From assembly GCA_949841595.1 (NCBI GenBank), contig CATKZB010000005.1:2178-66177 (forward strand): DNA of 64,000 bases, given 5' to 3'. The stretch comes from an uncultured Christensenella sp. (GTDB taxonomy: Bacteria; Bacillota; Clostridia; Christensenellales; UBA1242). Positions 55,970 to 64,000 of the stretch are shown here, piece by piece (positions within the stretch are counted from its first letter, which is position 1; every line of letters begins with the position of its first letter). The notes under the pieces were generated by a model. It did not search any database, had not been told where the DNA came from, and saw only the letters and a list, made by a program, of their open reading frames with translations. The translations under genes and the position numbers were made by a program.

Positions 55970-55997
55970 ATTTTAACATTTTTTTTGAGTTTTACAA
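55970..55997 (-). promoter_or_regulatory. uvrC promoter (TTGTAA-16-tgtTAAAAT) placed for a leaderless transcript
   Basis: Minus-strand TAAAAT (plus 55970-55975) ends 7 nt before the A of the uvrC ATG. No SD is present. Confidence 0.45.
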
Positions 55998-56090
55998 ATT
56001 ATTTTGCCTGACTGAAAAATTTTTCTGAGAATAACTCTTCAAATACTTAAATATTTTTAGACATTTTGAAGGTTATTTTAAAGAAATATG

Positions 56091-56119
56091 TTGTAATTTG
56101 TAATTTTATTTGTTATAAT
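56091..56119 (+). promoter_or_regulatory. sigma-A promoter TTGTAA-17-TATAAT (TG-extended)
   Basis: TTGTAA at 56091-56096 and tgtTATAAT ending at 56119. The ATG at 56118 lies inside the -10 element, which argues for the ATG at 56148 as the start. Confidence 0.6.
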
Positions 56120-56147
56120 GAAGAAAATAGAAGCAGGAGGATTGCAA

Positions 56148-58499
56148 ATGTCAACTTCAATGTTATTGGGTATGTTTGATTGGATTGCTGATTTTTTCAA
56201 AGCATTATTTGATCTTATTCCAAAAATAATGTATTTGTTGTATTCATCATTGGCATGTGTTTTGGATGTTTTGCAGCTCTTCTTCAGAAAACTCGCAGGT
56301 CTTGATGTTTATTATGTGGATGGAAAAGCAGTTACTGGTGACTTGGTGACCAATTTCATCACTGGCATTTTGGGTATTAATGCAGAAGGTTTTCAATATT
56401 CTGCTCTTACAACTGTTTTTTGGTCTTTCATTGTTTTTGGTGTTATTGTTTGTTTTGGTTCAACAATCATCGCTGTTATAAAAAGTCATTATTCTTATGA
56501 CGATAAAGCAGCAAAAGGACCTATGCAATATGTTTACACAGCTGGAAAGGCAATCATCAACATTGTTGCTGTTCCTGTGATTGTGGTTTTGGGGCTTTAT
56601 GTTTCCCAAGCGCTTTTGACGGCTCTTGACACAATGACTTCAATTTCAAGTGGAAATGTAACTTCAATTTTTGGACAGATTGAAGAAGAACGATATGACA
56701 GTAATGGTCAATTAATTAAGGTCAAAGTCAACATTGCAGACAGATTGTTGAAATCTTCAAGCTCTTCACGTACACAATCAGATGAAAAGACTTTTATTTA
56801 TTATGATATATTTGGATATGGCAGTAATATTTTCTATGGATTAAATTCGGACGAAGGGGCTGTCCCAAGTGACAATGCTTGTGCATTGATTGCTGCAAAA
56901 AATCAAACCTTCTCAGGCTCATTGTTTAGAGTTGCTGCATACAACGGAAATCGTGCAAGATTGAGACAAATTGCTCCTAAGGCTGAAAATTTTTCTGGAA
57001 CAAAATCGGGAGAACTGTTTTCAAACACAAATGACCCAGAAGTTTTGGCAGATATGATTGATATGGCATTTGCTTGCAATTTGCATTTGCAAAAGAATAT
57101 GCATTTGGACTATTCTTCAGATGGGCAAAGTTTGGCAGCAGGTGACTGGACAAGCATGAAATATTTCACCAACTTTTTAACTCAAAATGCTTCAGCATTT
57201 TCAAAGTTTAATGTTGGTTTGGTTTGGTATTATTACGACTTATGGAACTTCAACTTTATTGTTGGATTTGCTGGATGTATTGTTTGTGTGACTTTGTTTA
57301 TAAACATAATTATGGGTCTGATAACAAGATTGTTTATGTGTGTTGGACTGTTCTTGGTTGCACCTCCACTCTTTGGCTTGTCTCCACTTGATGGTGGAAA
57401 AGCTGGAAAGAGCTGGCGAGAAAACTTCATGAAACAAGTTTTGATGGCTTATGGTGCTGTTGTGGGCATGAACATAATGTTCTTGATTTTGCCTTACATA
57501 AACGAGATAGATTTCTTCAACATTCCAATCGCTGATTATTTTGCTCAAACTTTGATTATCATTGTTGGACTTATCACCATCAAAGCCTTCATTGCAACTT
57601 TGTCTGGACTTATTGGTGGAGCAGATGCAAATGAAACTGGTGGAAAAATTTCAGAAGAAGTTGGTCAAGTTGCAGGTAAAGCGACACATATGACTCTTGG
57701 AGCTGCTAAATTTGCAGGTAAGACTGTCAAGAATGGTGCTTCTTTGGCAGGAAATATGGCAATGTCTACTTATCATGCTGGAAATTCAATAAGACATCAA
57801 GTGCAAGCACATAATGCAGATAAAAAGGCTAATGACATCAATAATTTAGAGAAAAAAGAAAATTTGTTAAATCAATTTACAAGAACTAAATTCGATGATT
57901 TAACAAAAGAGCATGTTATGAAGCAAGCTATGGATGCTGGTTTGTCTAAGAAAGAAGCTAAAAAGATGTCTGAAGCAGTGGAGAAATCTAAGGAACGAGT
58001 AGGTTCTGCTGATGCGTGGAATAGTCTATCAGGCGCTGATAGAACTATAGCTAGTGCACATATGAGAGATGATCTCAAGAAAGAGGATAAAAGTTATAAA
58101 AAGTATGCAGATTTTGACTCTGCTCGTCGTATTCAAAAATATGTAGAATATTCAGATAAAGCAGTAAAACATAGAGATAAGTTTGATCAAGCTGTTGTTA
58201 AATCAAATGCAAGACTTGATCGTGCTGGTGGAAATGTTAAGGGCTTATGGAAAGGATTAACCGGTATTGCGACAGACGTTTATGATGATACATTTAAAGA
58301 TGATAAAGTTATAGGTACATTCCTTGATAAATCAAAAATTAAACAAAAACCTAATTGGGATAAGATGTCTTATAAACAAGATAGTGATGCTTTGGCTCAA
58401 AGTAAGTTTGCTAACTGGATGCAAGAACAATCTATGTTAGGAAGCACTCCAACTGCAGCTGAAATTAGAGCTAAGAAGGAAGAACTTGGAATTAAGTAA
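56148..58499 (+). CDS. large polytopic membrane protein with a long charged C-terminal domain, unknown function
   Basis: AGGAGG at 56135-56140, 7 nt before ATG 56148. About 8 hydrophobic segments in the first 500 aa or so, then about 280 aa of a Lys/Asp/Ala-rich soluble region. Confidence 0.7.
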   Translation: MSTSMLLGMFDWIADFFKALFDLIPKIMYLLYSSLACVLDVLQLFFRKLAGLDVYYVDGKAVTGDLVTNFITGILGINAEGFQYSALTTVFWSFIVFGVIVCFGSTIIAVIKSHYSYDDKAAKGPMQYVYTAGKAIINIVAVPVIVVLGLYVSQALLTALDTMTSISSGNVTSIFGQIEEERYDSNGQLIKVKVNIADRLLKSSSSSRTQSDEKTFIYYDIFGYGSNIFYGLNSDEGAVPSDNACALIAAKNQTFSGSLFRVAAYNGNRARLRQIAPKAENFSGTKSGELFSNTNDPEVLADMIDMAFACNLHLQKNMHLDYSSDGQSLAAGDWTSMKYFTNFLTQNASAFSKFNVGLVWYYYDLWNFNFIVGFAGCIVCVTLFINIIMGLITRLFMCVGLFLVAPPLFGLSPLDGGKAGKSWRENFMKQVLMAYGAVVGMNIMFLILPYINEIDFFNIPIADYFAQTLIIIVGLITIKAFIATLSGLIGGADANETGGKISEEVGQVAGKATHMTLGAAKFAGKTVKNGASLAGNMAMSTYHAGNSIRHQVQAHNADKKANDINNLEKKENLLNQFTRTKFDDLTKEHVMKQAMDAGLSKKEAKKMSEAVEKSKERVGSADAWNSLSGADRTIASAHMRDDLKKEDKSYKKYADFDSARRIQKYVEYSDKAVKHRDKFDQAVVKSNARLDRAGGNVKGLWKGLTGIATDVYDDTFKDDKVIGTFLDKSKIKQKPNWDKMSYKQDSDALAQSKFANWMQEQSMLGSTPTAAEIRAKKEELGIK

Positions 58500-58509
58500 T
58501 TGGTGAACT

Positions 58510-58752
58510 ATGGGGATTTTGAAAAAGATAAAAGAAGTGGCTAAACCACTGTATGAAGATGATAAGTTTCTTGGAAGTTTTTTAGACAAATCAGGAATTG
58601 CTAAGAAGCCTAATTATCAAAAAGAAACTTACAAAGTTTTGGTTGAGAAAAACAAACTTGCTGAGACTCGCAACAAAATTCTTGAATGGCAAGTTCTTAA
58701 TCCAGGCAAAACAATGCCACAAGATGTCCTTGACAAAATCAAAGAAAAATAA
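58510..58752 (+). CDS. small protein paralogous to the C-terminal module of the preceding membrane protein
   Basis: YEDDKFLGSFLDKSGIAKKPNYQKETYK aligns with FKDDKVIGTFLDKSKIKQKPNWDKMSYK (nt 58299-58376). A terminator follows. Confidence 0.6.
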   Translation: MGILKKIKEVAKPLYEDDKFLGSFLDKSGIAKKPNYQKETYKVLVEKNKLAETRNKILEWQVLNPGKTMPQDVLDKIKEK

Positions 58753-58753
58753 A

Positions 58754-58781
58754 AAAAGCAGAGATTGTTCTCTGCTTTTTC
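58754..58781 (+). terminator. rho-independent terminator
   Basis: aaaagcagaga-ttgt-tctctgcttttt. Confidence 0.8.
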
Positions 58782-58933
58782 TTTTGTTTATAAATTTACA
58801 CTTATCAAAATGGCACACATTTTGGCACACTTTCGTATTACGAAGAATAAATCTAGCTAAATTTGTTCTACAAGTAAATAACAAAAAATCGCTATACATA
58901 CGTAATTGCAGAATATATTGCGATTTAATAGTT

Positions 58934-58960
58934 TGGTGGTGATAACTGGGATCGAACCAG
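58934..58960 (-). repeat. 27-nt exact duplicate of the 3' end of tRNA-Met (T-arm 3' half, acceptor and CCA), not part of a complete tRNA
   Basis: tggtggtgataactgggatcgaaccag at 58934-58960 is identical to 59040-59066. The flanking sequence cannot form the 5' acceptor strand (there is no tatcacc between the two copies). Confidence 0.9.
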
Positions 58961-59009
58961 AAAGGTTTATACTCCACTACGTTTCGTATAAGTTCACTGG
59001 TCCTAAAGA

Positions 59010-59034
59010 TAAAAAACAGAGCATTCACTCTGTT
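59010..59034 (-). terminator. rho-independent terminator of tRNA-Met
   Basis: Minus-strand hairpin acagag-tgaatg-ctctgt followed by T6, a few nt after the tRNA CCA end. Confidence 0.7.
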
Positions 59035-59039
59035 AATCC

Positions 59040-59116
59040 TGGTGGTGATAACTGGGATCGAACCAGTGACCTTATGGGTATGAACCATACGCTCTAGCCA
59101 GCTGAGCTATATCACC
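59040..59116 (-). tRNA. tRNA-Met (anticodon CAT, elongator-like; a lysidine-modified tRNA-Ile2 cannot be excluded)
   Basis: A 77-nt perfect cloverleaf: GGTGATA/TATCACC, GCTC/GAGC, TATGG-TTCATAC-CCATA, ACTGG-TTCGATC-CCAGT, and an encoded CCA. There is no C1:A72 initiator mismatch. Confidence 0.9.
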
Positions 59117-59140
59117 TTATTGAGATAAGAAAACATTGAA

Positions 59141-59169
59141 ATTATACATTATAAACCCTTATTTGTCAA
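59141..59169 (-). promoter_or_regulatory. consensus promoter of tRNA-Met (TTGACA-17-TATAAT)
   Basis: Minus-strand TTGACA (plus 59164-59169), a 17-nt spacer, and TATAAT (plus 59141-59146). Confidence 0.7.
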
Positions 59170-59257
59170 TTATTTTAAGAAAAATTTTGAGTGTTTTTGC
59201 TTTTGCTTGCTTTTAAACTGAAAAATGTTTTAAAATAACAATAAAAGGAGAAGGTTT

Positions 59258-59683
59258 ATGATTGAAGAAGAAATTAAAAAAGCAAACATTGAAGCTATGA
59301 AAAAGAAAGATAGTGTGGCAAGAGCTTTTTATAGTGTGCTTATGACAAAAATTATGCTTGAAAGAATTGCAAGAAGAGAAAGTGGAAAAGATCTTACTGA
59401 TGCTGATGTTTCAAACATCATTCAAAAAGTTATAAAAGAATTGAATGACGAAAAAGAAAATTACCAAAAAGTGGGAAATGCTGAAGAGGTTGCAAACCTT
59501 GAAAGACAAATTCAACTTGCTTCTGCATATCTTCCAAAAATGCTTTCTAAGGGTGAAATAAAGGAGATTATTTTGGGGTTGGACGACAAGTCGATTCCTT
59601 TTGTTATGAAACATTTTAAAGCAAATTTTAATGGACAAGTGGACATGAGACTTGTTCAAGAAGTTTTGAAGGAACTTACATGA
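59258..59683 (+). CDS. GatB/YqeY-domain protein
   Basis: 141 aa. I..A.KA.K.KD......L......I...E.....L.D.....I..K..K....S.. is the YqeY-like pattern. An AAGGAGAAGG SD is present. Confidence 0.7.
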   Translation: MIEEEIKKANIEAMKKKDSVARAFYSVLMTKIMLERIARRESGKDLTDADVSNIIQKVIKELNDEKENYQKVGNAEEVANLERQIQLASAYLPKMLSKGEIKEIILGLDDKSIPFVMKHFKANFNGQVDMRLVQEVLKELT

Positions 59684-60375
59684 AAGTTTTTGCAATAAGT
59701 GACTTGCATCTTTCTGTAAACAATCCAAAACCGATGAACATCTTTGGCCCAACATGGGAAGGTTATTTAGACAAAATTTTTGCAGACTGGAAAGAAAAAG
59801 TTTGTGAAGATGACGTTGTTTTGATGGCTGGCGATTTTTCTTGGGCAATGAAATTGGAAGAAACCAAAGCAGATTTTGAGTTGTTAAAAAACTTGCCTGG
59901 GAAAAAAGTGTTGATAAGAGGCAATCATGACTATTGGTGGAGCAGTATCAGTGCAGTGAGAAAGTTTGTTCCTGAAAACTTTTTTGCTATTCAAAATGAC
60001 GCTATCAAGTTTGGTGATTACATCATCTGTGGAACAAGACTTTGGACGTTGCCTGACACAGCAAAAGTTTTAAGTGCTGAAGATGAAAAAATCTATAAAA
60101 GAGAACTTATTCGTCTTGAAATGACTCTTCAAAGTGCAAAGAAATTGCAAATTTCTGATGAAAAAATTATTTGCATGTTGCACTATCCACCTTACACCTT
60201 CAAGGAAGAAGATAATGAGGTCACAGCACTGATTGAAAAATATGGCGTAAGCAAGGTGGTTTATGGGCATATTCATGCAAATTGCAGGCAAAATTTGATT
60301 TTAAATAAAAATGGTGTGGATTATTATTTAACTTCATGTGACATTGTTGGAAATCGCTTAATCGCAATAGATTAA
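59680..60375 (+). CDS. metallophosphoesterase (calcineurin-like phosphoesterase family)
   Basis: ISDLHLS, AGDFSW, RGNHDYWW and GHIH motifs. An ATGA start/stop overlap with the upstream gene. Confidence 0.8.
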   Translation: MKVFAISDLHLSVNNPKPMNIFGPTWEGYLDKIFADWKEKVCEDDVVLMAGDFSWAMKLEETKADFELLKNLPGKKVLIRGNHDYWWSSISAVRKFVPENFFAIQNDAIKFGDYIICGTRLWTLPDTAKVLSAEDEKIYKRELIRLEMTLQSAKKLQISDEKIICMLHYPPYTFKEEDNEVTALIEKYGVSKVVYGHIHANCRQNLILNKNGVDYYLTSCDIVGNRLIAID

Positions 60376-60410
60376 GCGTTTTTACATCTTTTTAAGATGT
60401 TGAAAATTTA

Positions 60411-60439
60411 TTGACAATTTGGGCAATAATAGGTATAAT
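60411..60439 (+). promoter_or_regulatory. consensus sigma-A promoter TTGACA-17-TATAAT
   Basis: TTGACA at 60411-60416, a 17-nt spacer, and TATAAT at 60434-60439. Confidence 0.7.
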
Positions 60440-60470
60440 TAAAAAGCTATAAAATTTATTGGAGAATTTG

Positions 60471-61913
60471 ATGAAAAAAATTACAAAGACTTTATGTGGA
60501 GTTGTTGGCAGTGTTTTGGGGTTAAGTTTTTTGGTGGCAGGTTGTGCAACAGTGCCATCTATCAAAAACACAGATTCTGAATTGATATACAATGGCAATG
60601 CAGCAGTTATGGTTGACGGCTATCTCTATTATGGGAATGCTTTTGCTGATTATTCAACTTTTACGAGTGATGGAGATTACAACAAGAGTGTTGCTGTTTC
60701 TTATTTGTCAAGACTCAACACAAACATAGACTTGGCTGCAAAATCAAAGGATTATTCACCTAAATCTGTGGAGAAAGTTGCAGATGAAATCACTGCTCAA
60801 GGGAAAGCATTCACTTTTGTTTTGGGTGATCACATATATTATTCAACTCCAAACCGACAAAAATTTTCTGATGAAAATGGAAAAGCAAGTCATTATTTCA
60901 ACTACAGCACAATTTACAGAAGTAATTTGAATGGTGACAATAAAGAAAAAGTTTACACAACCAATGGAGAAGTTTCTCAAATTGAGACTTTGAAATTCAA
61001 CGGAAGATATTACATCGTTTTACTTGCTGGAGAAAACTTGGTTAAGATTGAAATAGGCAACAAAGTGTCAGCAGAGACTATTTCTGACAGTGCAAAAAGC
61101 GTGGCTATTCCAAAAACATACCAAAAAAAGAAAGATGGAAGCACTTTGAATTGGAATGGAGATATTTATTTCACAGAAGAAAAATCTGATGAAGATAATG
61201 GACTTTCTGGAAGCATTGTAAAAAAAGTTTCTGTTGCTGGTAGTGAGACAAAACAAATTTTCCACAAAAATGGTGCAACATTGAAATTTGTTGGCAGAGA
61301 AAGAGACGAACTCTTTTATTCCTTGTCAAATGAAATTTATAAGATAGATTCAAACTCAATCACAGGACAACCAAATTTTGCAAGTGATAACAACAGATTT
61401 TATTCTGCTTCAACAATTTCAAACTTAAATTTGATTGCAACGGAAAATTATGAGTATGGATACGTCTTCACAACATCTTCTAATGCACTTGTTTATGCAA
61501 CAAAAACAGGAAAGTTTGGTTCAATTACATTAAAAAATGGTGATACAGCACTCTCTTCTTACAAAATTTTGTTGATTTCAGGCAGAACGATTTATGTTTC
61601 AACAACCACAGGAATTTATAAGGCGACACTTTCTGGTATTTTCAGTGGAAATGGTGGAAACGTTGAAATTGAATGTGAAACTATTGTTGAAATGACTGCC
61701 ATTTATGACGGAACGTTGTGTGCATTTGATAAAGATTACATCTATTATTATGCAAAGCTTGAAACTGTTGAAAAAGATGAAGATGAAACAGAAGAGACAA
61801 CTGAAGAAACAGATGACAACTATTACCTTTATAGAGCAAGAGTGGGAGTGACATCTGCAGATGGATACGAACTTTTGGGACTAACAAAAATTGCTTCAAG
61901 ACACACAAAATAA
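60471..61913 (+). CDS. lipoprotein of unknown function (possible beta-propeller; repeated IYY/LYY motifs)
   Basis: MKKITKTLCGVVGSVLGLSFLVAGC-ATV is a lipobox signal. GGAG lies 6 nt before ATG 60471, and the TTG at 60459 is rejected. Confidence 0.65.
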   Translation: MKKITKTLCGVVGSVLGLSFLVAGCATVPSIKNTDSELIYNGNAAVMVDGYLYYGNAFADYSTFTSDGDYNKSVAVSYLSRLNTNIDLAAKSKDYSPKSVEKVADEITAQGKAFTFVLGDHIYYSTPNRQKFSDENGKASHYFNYSTIYRSNLNGDNKEKVYTTNGEVSQIETLKFNGRYYIVLLAGENLVKIEIGNKVSAETISDSAKSVAIPKTYQKKKDGSTLNWNGDIYFTEEKSDEDNGLSGSIVKKVSVAGSETKQIFHKNGATLKFVGRERDELFYSLSNEIYKIDSNSITGQPNFASDNNRFYSASTISNLNLIATENYEYGYVFTTSSNALVYATKTGKFGSITLKNGDTALSSYKILLISGRTIYVSTTTGIYKATLSGIFSGNGGNVEIECETIVEMTAIYDGTLCAFDKDYIYYYAKLETVEKDEDETEETTEETDDNYYLYRARVGVTSADGYELLGLTKIASRHTK

Positions 61914-61920
61914 TTTTAAT

Positions 61921-61951
61921 AAATCTACGATAGCTTCGTAGATTTTATTTT
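61921..61951 (+). terminator. rho-independent terminator
   Basis: aaatctacga-tagct-tcgtagattt followed by T-rich sequence. Confidence 0.8.
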
Positions 61952-62033
61952 TGTTATTTTGATTGTTGAAATTTAATGTAACATGTCGAAAATTAGTTGA
62001 TTAAATCGAAAAATTGTGTTATATCTAAATTGA

Positions 62034-62774
62034 ATGAAACCAATTTTTAAAAAATACTTAATATGCATCAGTTGTGCTGTTGTTGCAATATTGACAGGGC
62101 TTGGCATTTATCTTGGAGTTTCTCACTCAAATCCACCAGCCTTAGATGTTTCTATCAATAATTTTGATATTAAGGTTGGAGAAAAAGTTAAGATTGAATA
62201 TGATGTTTCAATCTCAGATGCAGTGATTTTTCTTGATGTGGACAAAAACCAAATAGCAAGTTTGATTCAGGAAAACGGAATAAATTATTTGACAGGCTGT
62301 TCAGAAGGAAAAGCAAACTTGACACTGATTGCCAAATATAGAAATCAAAAAGTTGAAAAGGTTGCAAAAGTTGTTGTTTCGGCAGTTTATCAAAAACCAA
62401 GTGAAGGTGATAACACAGGTTCTGAAGATACAAAAGATCCAACAAAACCAGAAAACCCTGATAAAGATGATGAAAAAGAAGACACCGAAAAAGAAGACGC
62501 ACTTTTACTTGAATTTTTGAATGTTCAAAATTGCTCTATTGAAAAGAATGTCATCAATATGAAGCAAAGTGTTTTGGCAATATTTTCTGTAAGTGCAAAT
62601 ATTTCAATCACAAATTTGCATATAGATTTGATTGCTGCTGACCTGTCTGATGATTTTGTTCAAGAAATTGGGAATAACACATTTTGCTTACTTTCTGACA
62701 TTTCAGGAGACTTTGAAATTGATTTTGTTGTGAACAATCAGTTTAGATTGAGATATCATGTGATTATCAAATAA
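62034..62774 (+). CDS. membrane-anchored hypothetical protein with a possible Ig-like (Big_2-type) domain and an acidic linker
   Basis: N-terminal anchor ICISCAVVAILTGLGIYLGV. The GKANLTLIAKY...VKVVV pattern is Ig-like. The linker is D/E/K/P-rich. No SD is present. Confidence 0.55.
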   Translation: MKPIFKKYLICISCAVVAILTGLGIYLGVSHSNPPALDVSINNFDIKVGEKVKIEYDVSISDAVIFLDVDKNQIASLIQENGINYLTGCSEGKANLTLIAKYRNQKVEKVAKVVVSAVYQKPSEGDNTGSEDTKDPTKPENPDKDDEKEDTEKEDALLLEFLNVQNCSIEKNVINMKQSVLAIFSVSANISITNLHIDLIAADLSDDFVQEIGNNTFCLLSDISGDFEIDFVVNNQFRLRYHVIIK

Positions 62775-62800
62775 AAAAAGAATGGAAAACATTCTTTTTT
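62774..62800. terminator. bidirectional terminator
   Basis: aaaaagaatg-gaaaa-cattctttttt, between convergent genes. Confidence 0.75.
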
Positions 62801-63386
62801 ATTGGATCCAAAGATCTTTATCCTTATCCCAAAAAGTTGCTTTTTTATCTAAAAGTGTGAAAATGTCATCTTGTGAATAAGGTCTGAAATGGTTTAAATC
62901 AGTTGCCACATTAAGTCCAAATGGTTTCCAAATCCCACCTTCTCTATGTAAATGACCAAATAAATTTATATAATTCTTTTTGTATTGAGTGGGTTTGTGA
63001 ACTAAATAAAAGTCTTTGCCATTCATTTTTATGTAATCATCTTGTTTCACATCTTCAAAACCGTTTTCCATACAATAATTTCTAAACGCTTCGAAATCGT
63101 TGTTAAAAAAATATTTCATAATTCGTTCTTCGTTGTTTCCCATGATGAGAATAACTGGAGCTTTAATTTTTTTAGGGAAATCAGAAACATCGCTCCATGA
63201 AGTTTTTGTTTCATCATCGCAATCTAAAAAATCTCCGATAACATAAAGAATATCATTTTTGGTGAGAACTTTGTTGAGATTTTTTATTAAGATTTTGTTC
63301 ATCTGCTTAACACTTTTAAATGGTCTGTTTTCCACTTTCATGGTTGTTTCATCACCAAAATGCAAATCACTTGTGAAATAATACAT
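62799..63386 (-). CDS. metallophosphoesterase-family protein
   Basis: TSDLHFGD, VIGDFLD, MGNNE and FGHLH motifs. 195 aa with a GAGG SD. Confidence 0.75.
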   Translation of the reverse strand: MYYFTSDLHFGDETTMKVENRPFKSVKQMNKILIKNLNKVLTKNDILYVIGDFLDCDDETKTSWSDVSDFPKKIKAPVILIMGNNEERIMKYFFNNDFEAFRNYCMENGFEDVKQDDYIKMNGKDFYLVHKPTQYKKNYINLFGHLHREGGIWKPFGLNVATDLNHFRPYSQDDIFTLLDKKATFWDKDKDLWIQ

Positions 63387-63496
63387 ATTTACCTCTCGCT
63401 ATTATTTTAATTATTTTGATAGATTAATGCAACTTAAAAGATAAATTTGCTTTTTTTTTATAAATTTATGTGGTATCATAATCTTGAAGGAGAAAG

Positions 63497-64000
63497 ATGG
63501 AATTTAAACATATACCTGTCATGCTCAATGAAGTTGTGGAAGGGTTGAACATAAAAAAAGATGGAATCTATGTTGACTGCACTGTTGGAGGTGGTGGACA
63601 TTCTTTTGCAATTGCAAGTAAATTGACAACAGGTCATCTTTTTGCTTTTGACAGAGATGAAGATGCAATCAAAAAAAGCAAGCAAACTTTAAAAGATTTT
63701 GCAGGCAAAGTGACGTTGGTTAAAGCTAATTATAAAGAAGCTCCAAACATTTTGAAAACTGAGTTTGGAATTGGCAAAATAGATGGCTTTTTGATTGATT
63801 TGGGAGTTAGTTCTTATCAACTGGATGAGGGCGACAGAGGATTCAGTTTTGTACATGACGGAATTTTGGATATGCGTATGGACAAAAATGAAGAAACGGA
63901 AACAGCAAGAACTGTTGTAAACAATTATACTTATGAAAATTTGGTCAAAATTTTTCAAACTTATGGAGAAGAAGAGTTTTCAAGAAACATCGCGAAAAAT
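63497..64000 (+). CDS. rsmH: 16S rRNA (cytosine1402-N4)-methyltransferase RsmH (MraW), 3'-truncated by the window edge
   Basis: Not in the ORF track because the ORF is open at the right edge. My own translation from ATG 63497 (SD GAAGGAGA) is MEFKHIPVMLNEVVEGL...GIYVDCTVGGGGHS...FAFDRDEDAI...DLGVSSYQLDEGDRGFSF..DG.LDMRMD, the canonical RsmH signature. Confidence 0.9.
   Translation, partial: MEFKHIPVMLNEVVEGLNIKKDGIYVDCTVGGGGHSFAIASKLTTGHLFAFDRDEDAIKKSKQTLKDFAGKVTLVKANYKEAPNILKTEFGIGKIDGFLIDLGVSSYQLDEGDRGFSFVHDGILDMRMDKNEETETARTVVNNYTYENLVKIFQTYGEEEFSRNIAKN

Noticed and set aside
58811-58830. Tandem TGGCACAC motifs as a sigma-54 (-24/-12) promoter
   Set aside because: The spacing and sequence give TGGCAC-N5-TTGG rather than TGGCAC-N5-TTGC. 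No downstream gene lies in the right orientation, and no sigma-54 activator is nearby.
58934-59009. A second complete tRNA (or tmRNA-like 3' end) at the 27-nt duplicate
   Set aside because: The region upstream of the T-arm copy cannot form an acceptor stem (no GGTGATA-equivalent strand), a D arm or an anticodon arm. The acceptor also lacks the G3:U70 feature expected of a tmRNA.
58591-59097. ORFs 58591-59088 (minus), 58598-58942 (plus) and 58906-59097 (plus)
   Set aside because: They overlap the small paralogue gene, a terminator, the tRNA-Met gene and its partial duplicate. They have no SD and nonsense-like composition.
60382-60400. Hairpin acatct-tttta-agatgt as the terminator of the metallophosphoesterase gene
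   Set aside because: The stem is short and weak and is not followed by a T-run, so the evidence is insufficient.

Overview
This is an AT-rich chromosomal segment (roughly one-third G+C by eye) that uses the standard genetic code: TGA ends several conserved genes and Trp is always TGG. It looks like a low-GC Bacillota (Firmicutes) genome, judging by a Spo0A-type regulator, an S-box riboswitch and Listeria-Bacteroides repeat proteins. Nearly half of the window (nt 6-29846) is one uninterrupted + strand ORF of 9,946 codons that is still open at the left edge. It encodes a giant modular surface protein: 3 LamG-like modules, about 55 Flg_new repeats, about 20 MucBP-like plus divergent InlB B-repeat pairs, and a C-terminal membrane anchor with no LPXTG motif. 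The remaining 34 kb mixes housekeeping genes with poorly characterised envelope and accessory genes. The housekeeping genes are tmk, metK behind a SAM-I riboswitch, mscL, ppa, uvrC, a yqeY-like gene, the 5' part of rsmH, and tRNA-Val, tRNA-Arg and tRNA-Met. The most notable items outside the giant gene are: (1) a Spo0A-like regulator with Glu in place of the phospho-acceptor Asp and 0A-box motifs in its own upstream region; (2) a membrane-anchored protein with bacterial sialyltransferase (GT80-like) motifs that carries an in-frame G8 homopolymer; (3) a small XRE-linked islet of unknown function next to tRNA-Arg; (4) a large polytopic membrane protein whose C-terminal module is duplicated as a separate small gene, next to a 27-nt duplicate of the tRNA-Met 3' end; (5) a consensus promoter bracketed by two 20-bp palindromic operators; and (6) three apparently leaderless genes. 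I saw no CRISPR array, rRNA, transposase, integrase or recombinase. All domain names come from motif recognition by eye. No HMM or BLAST search was possible.
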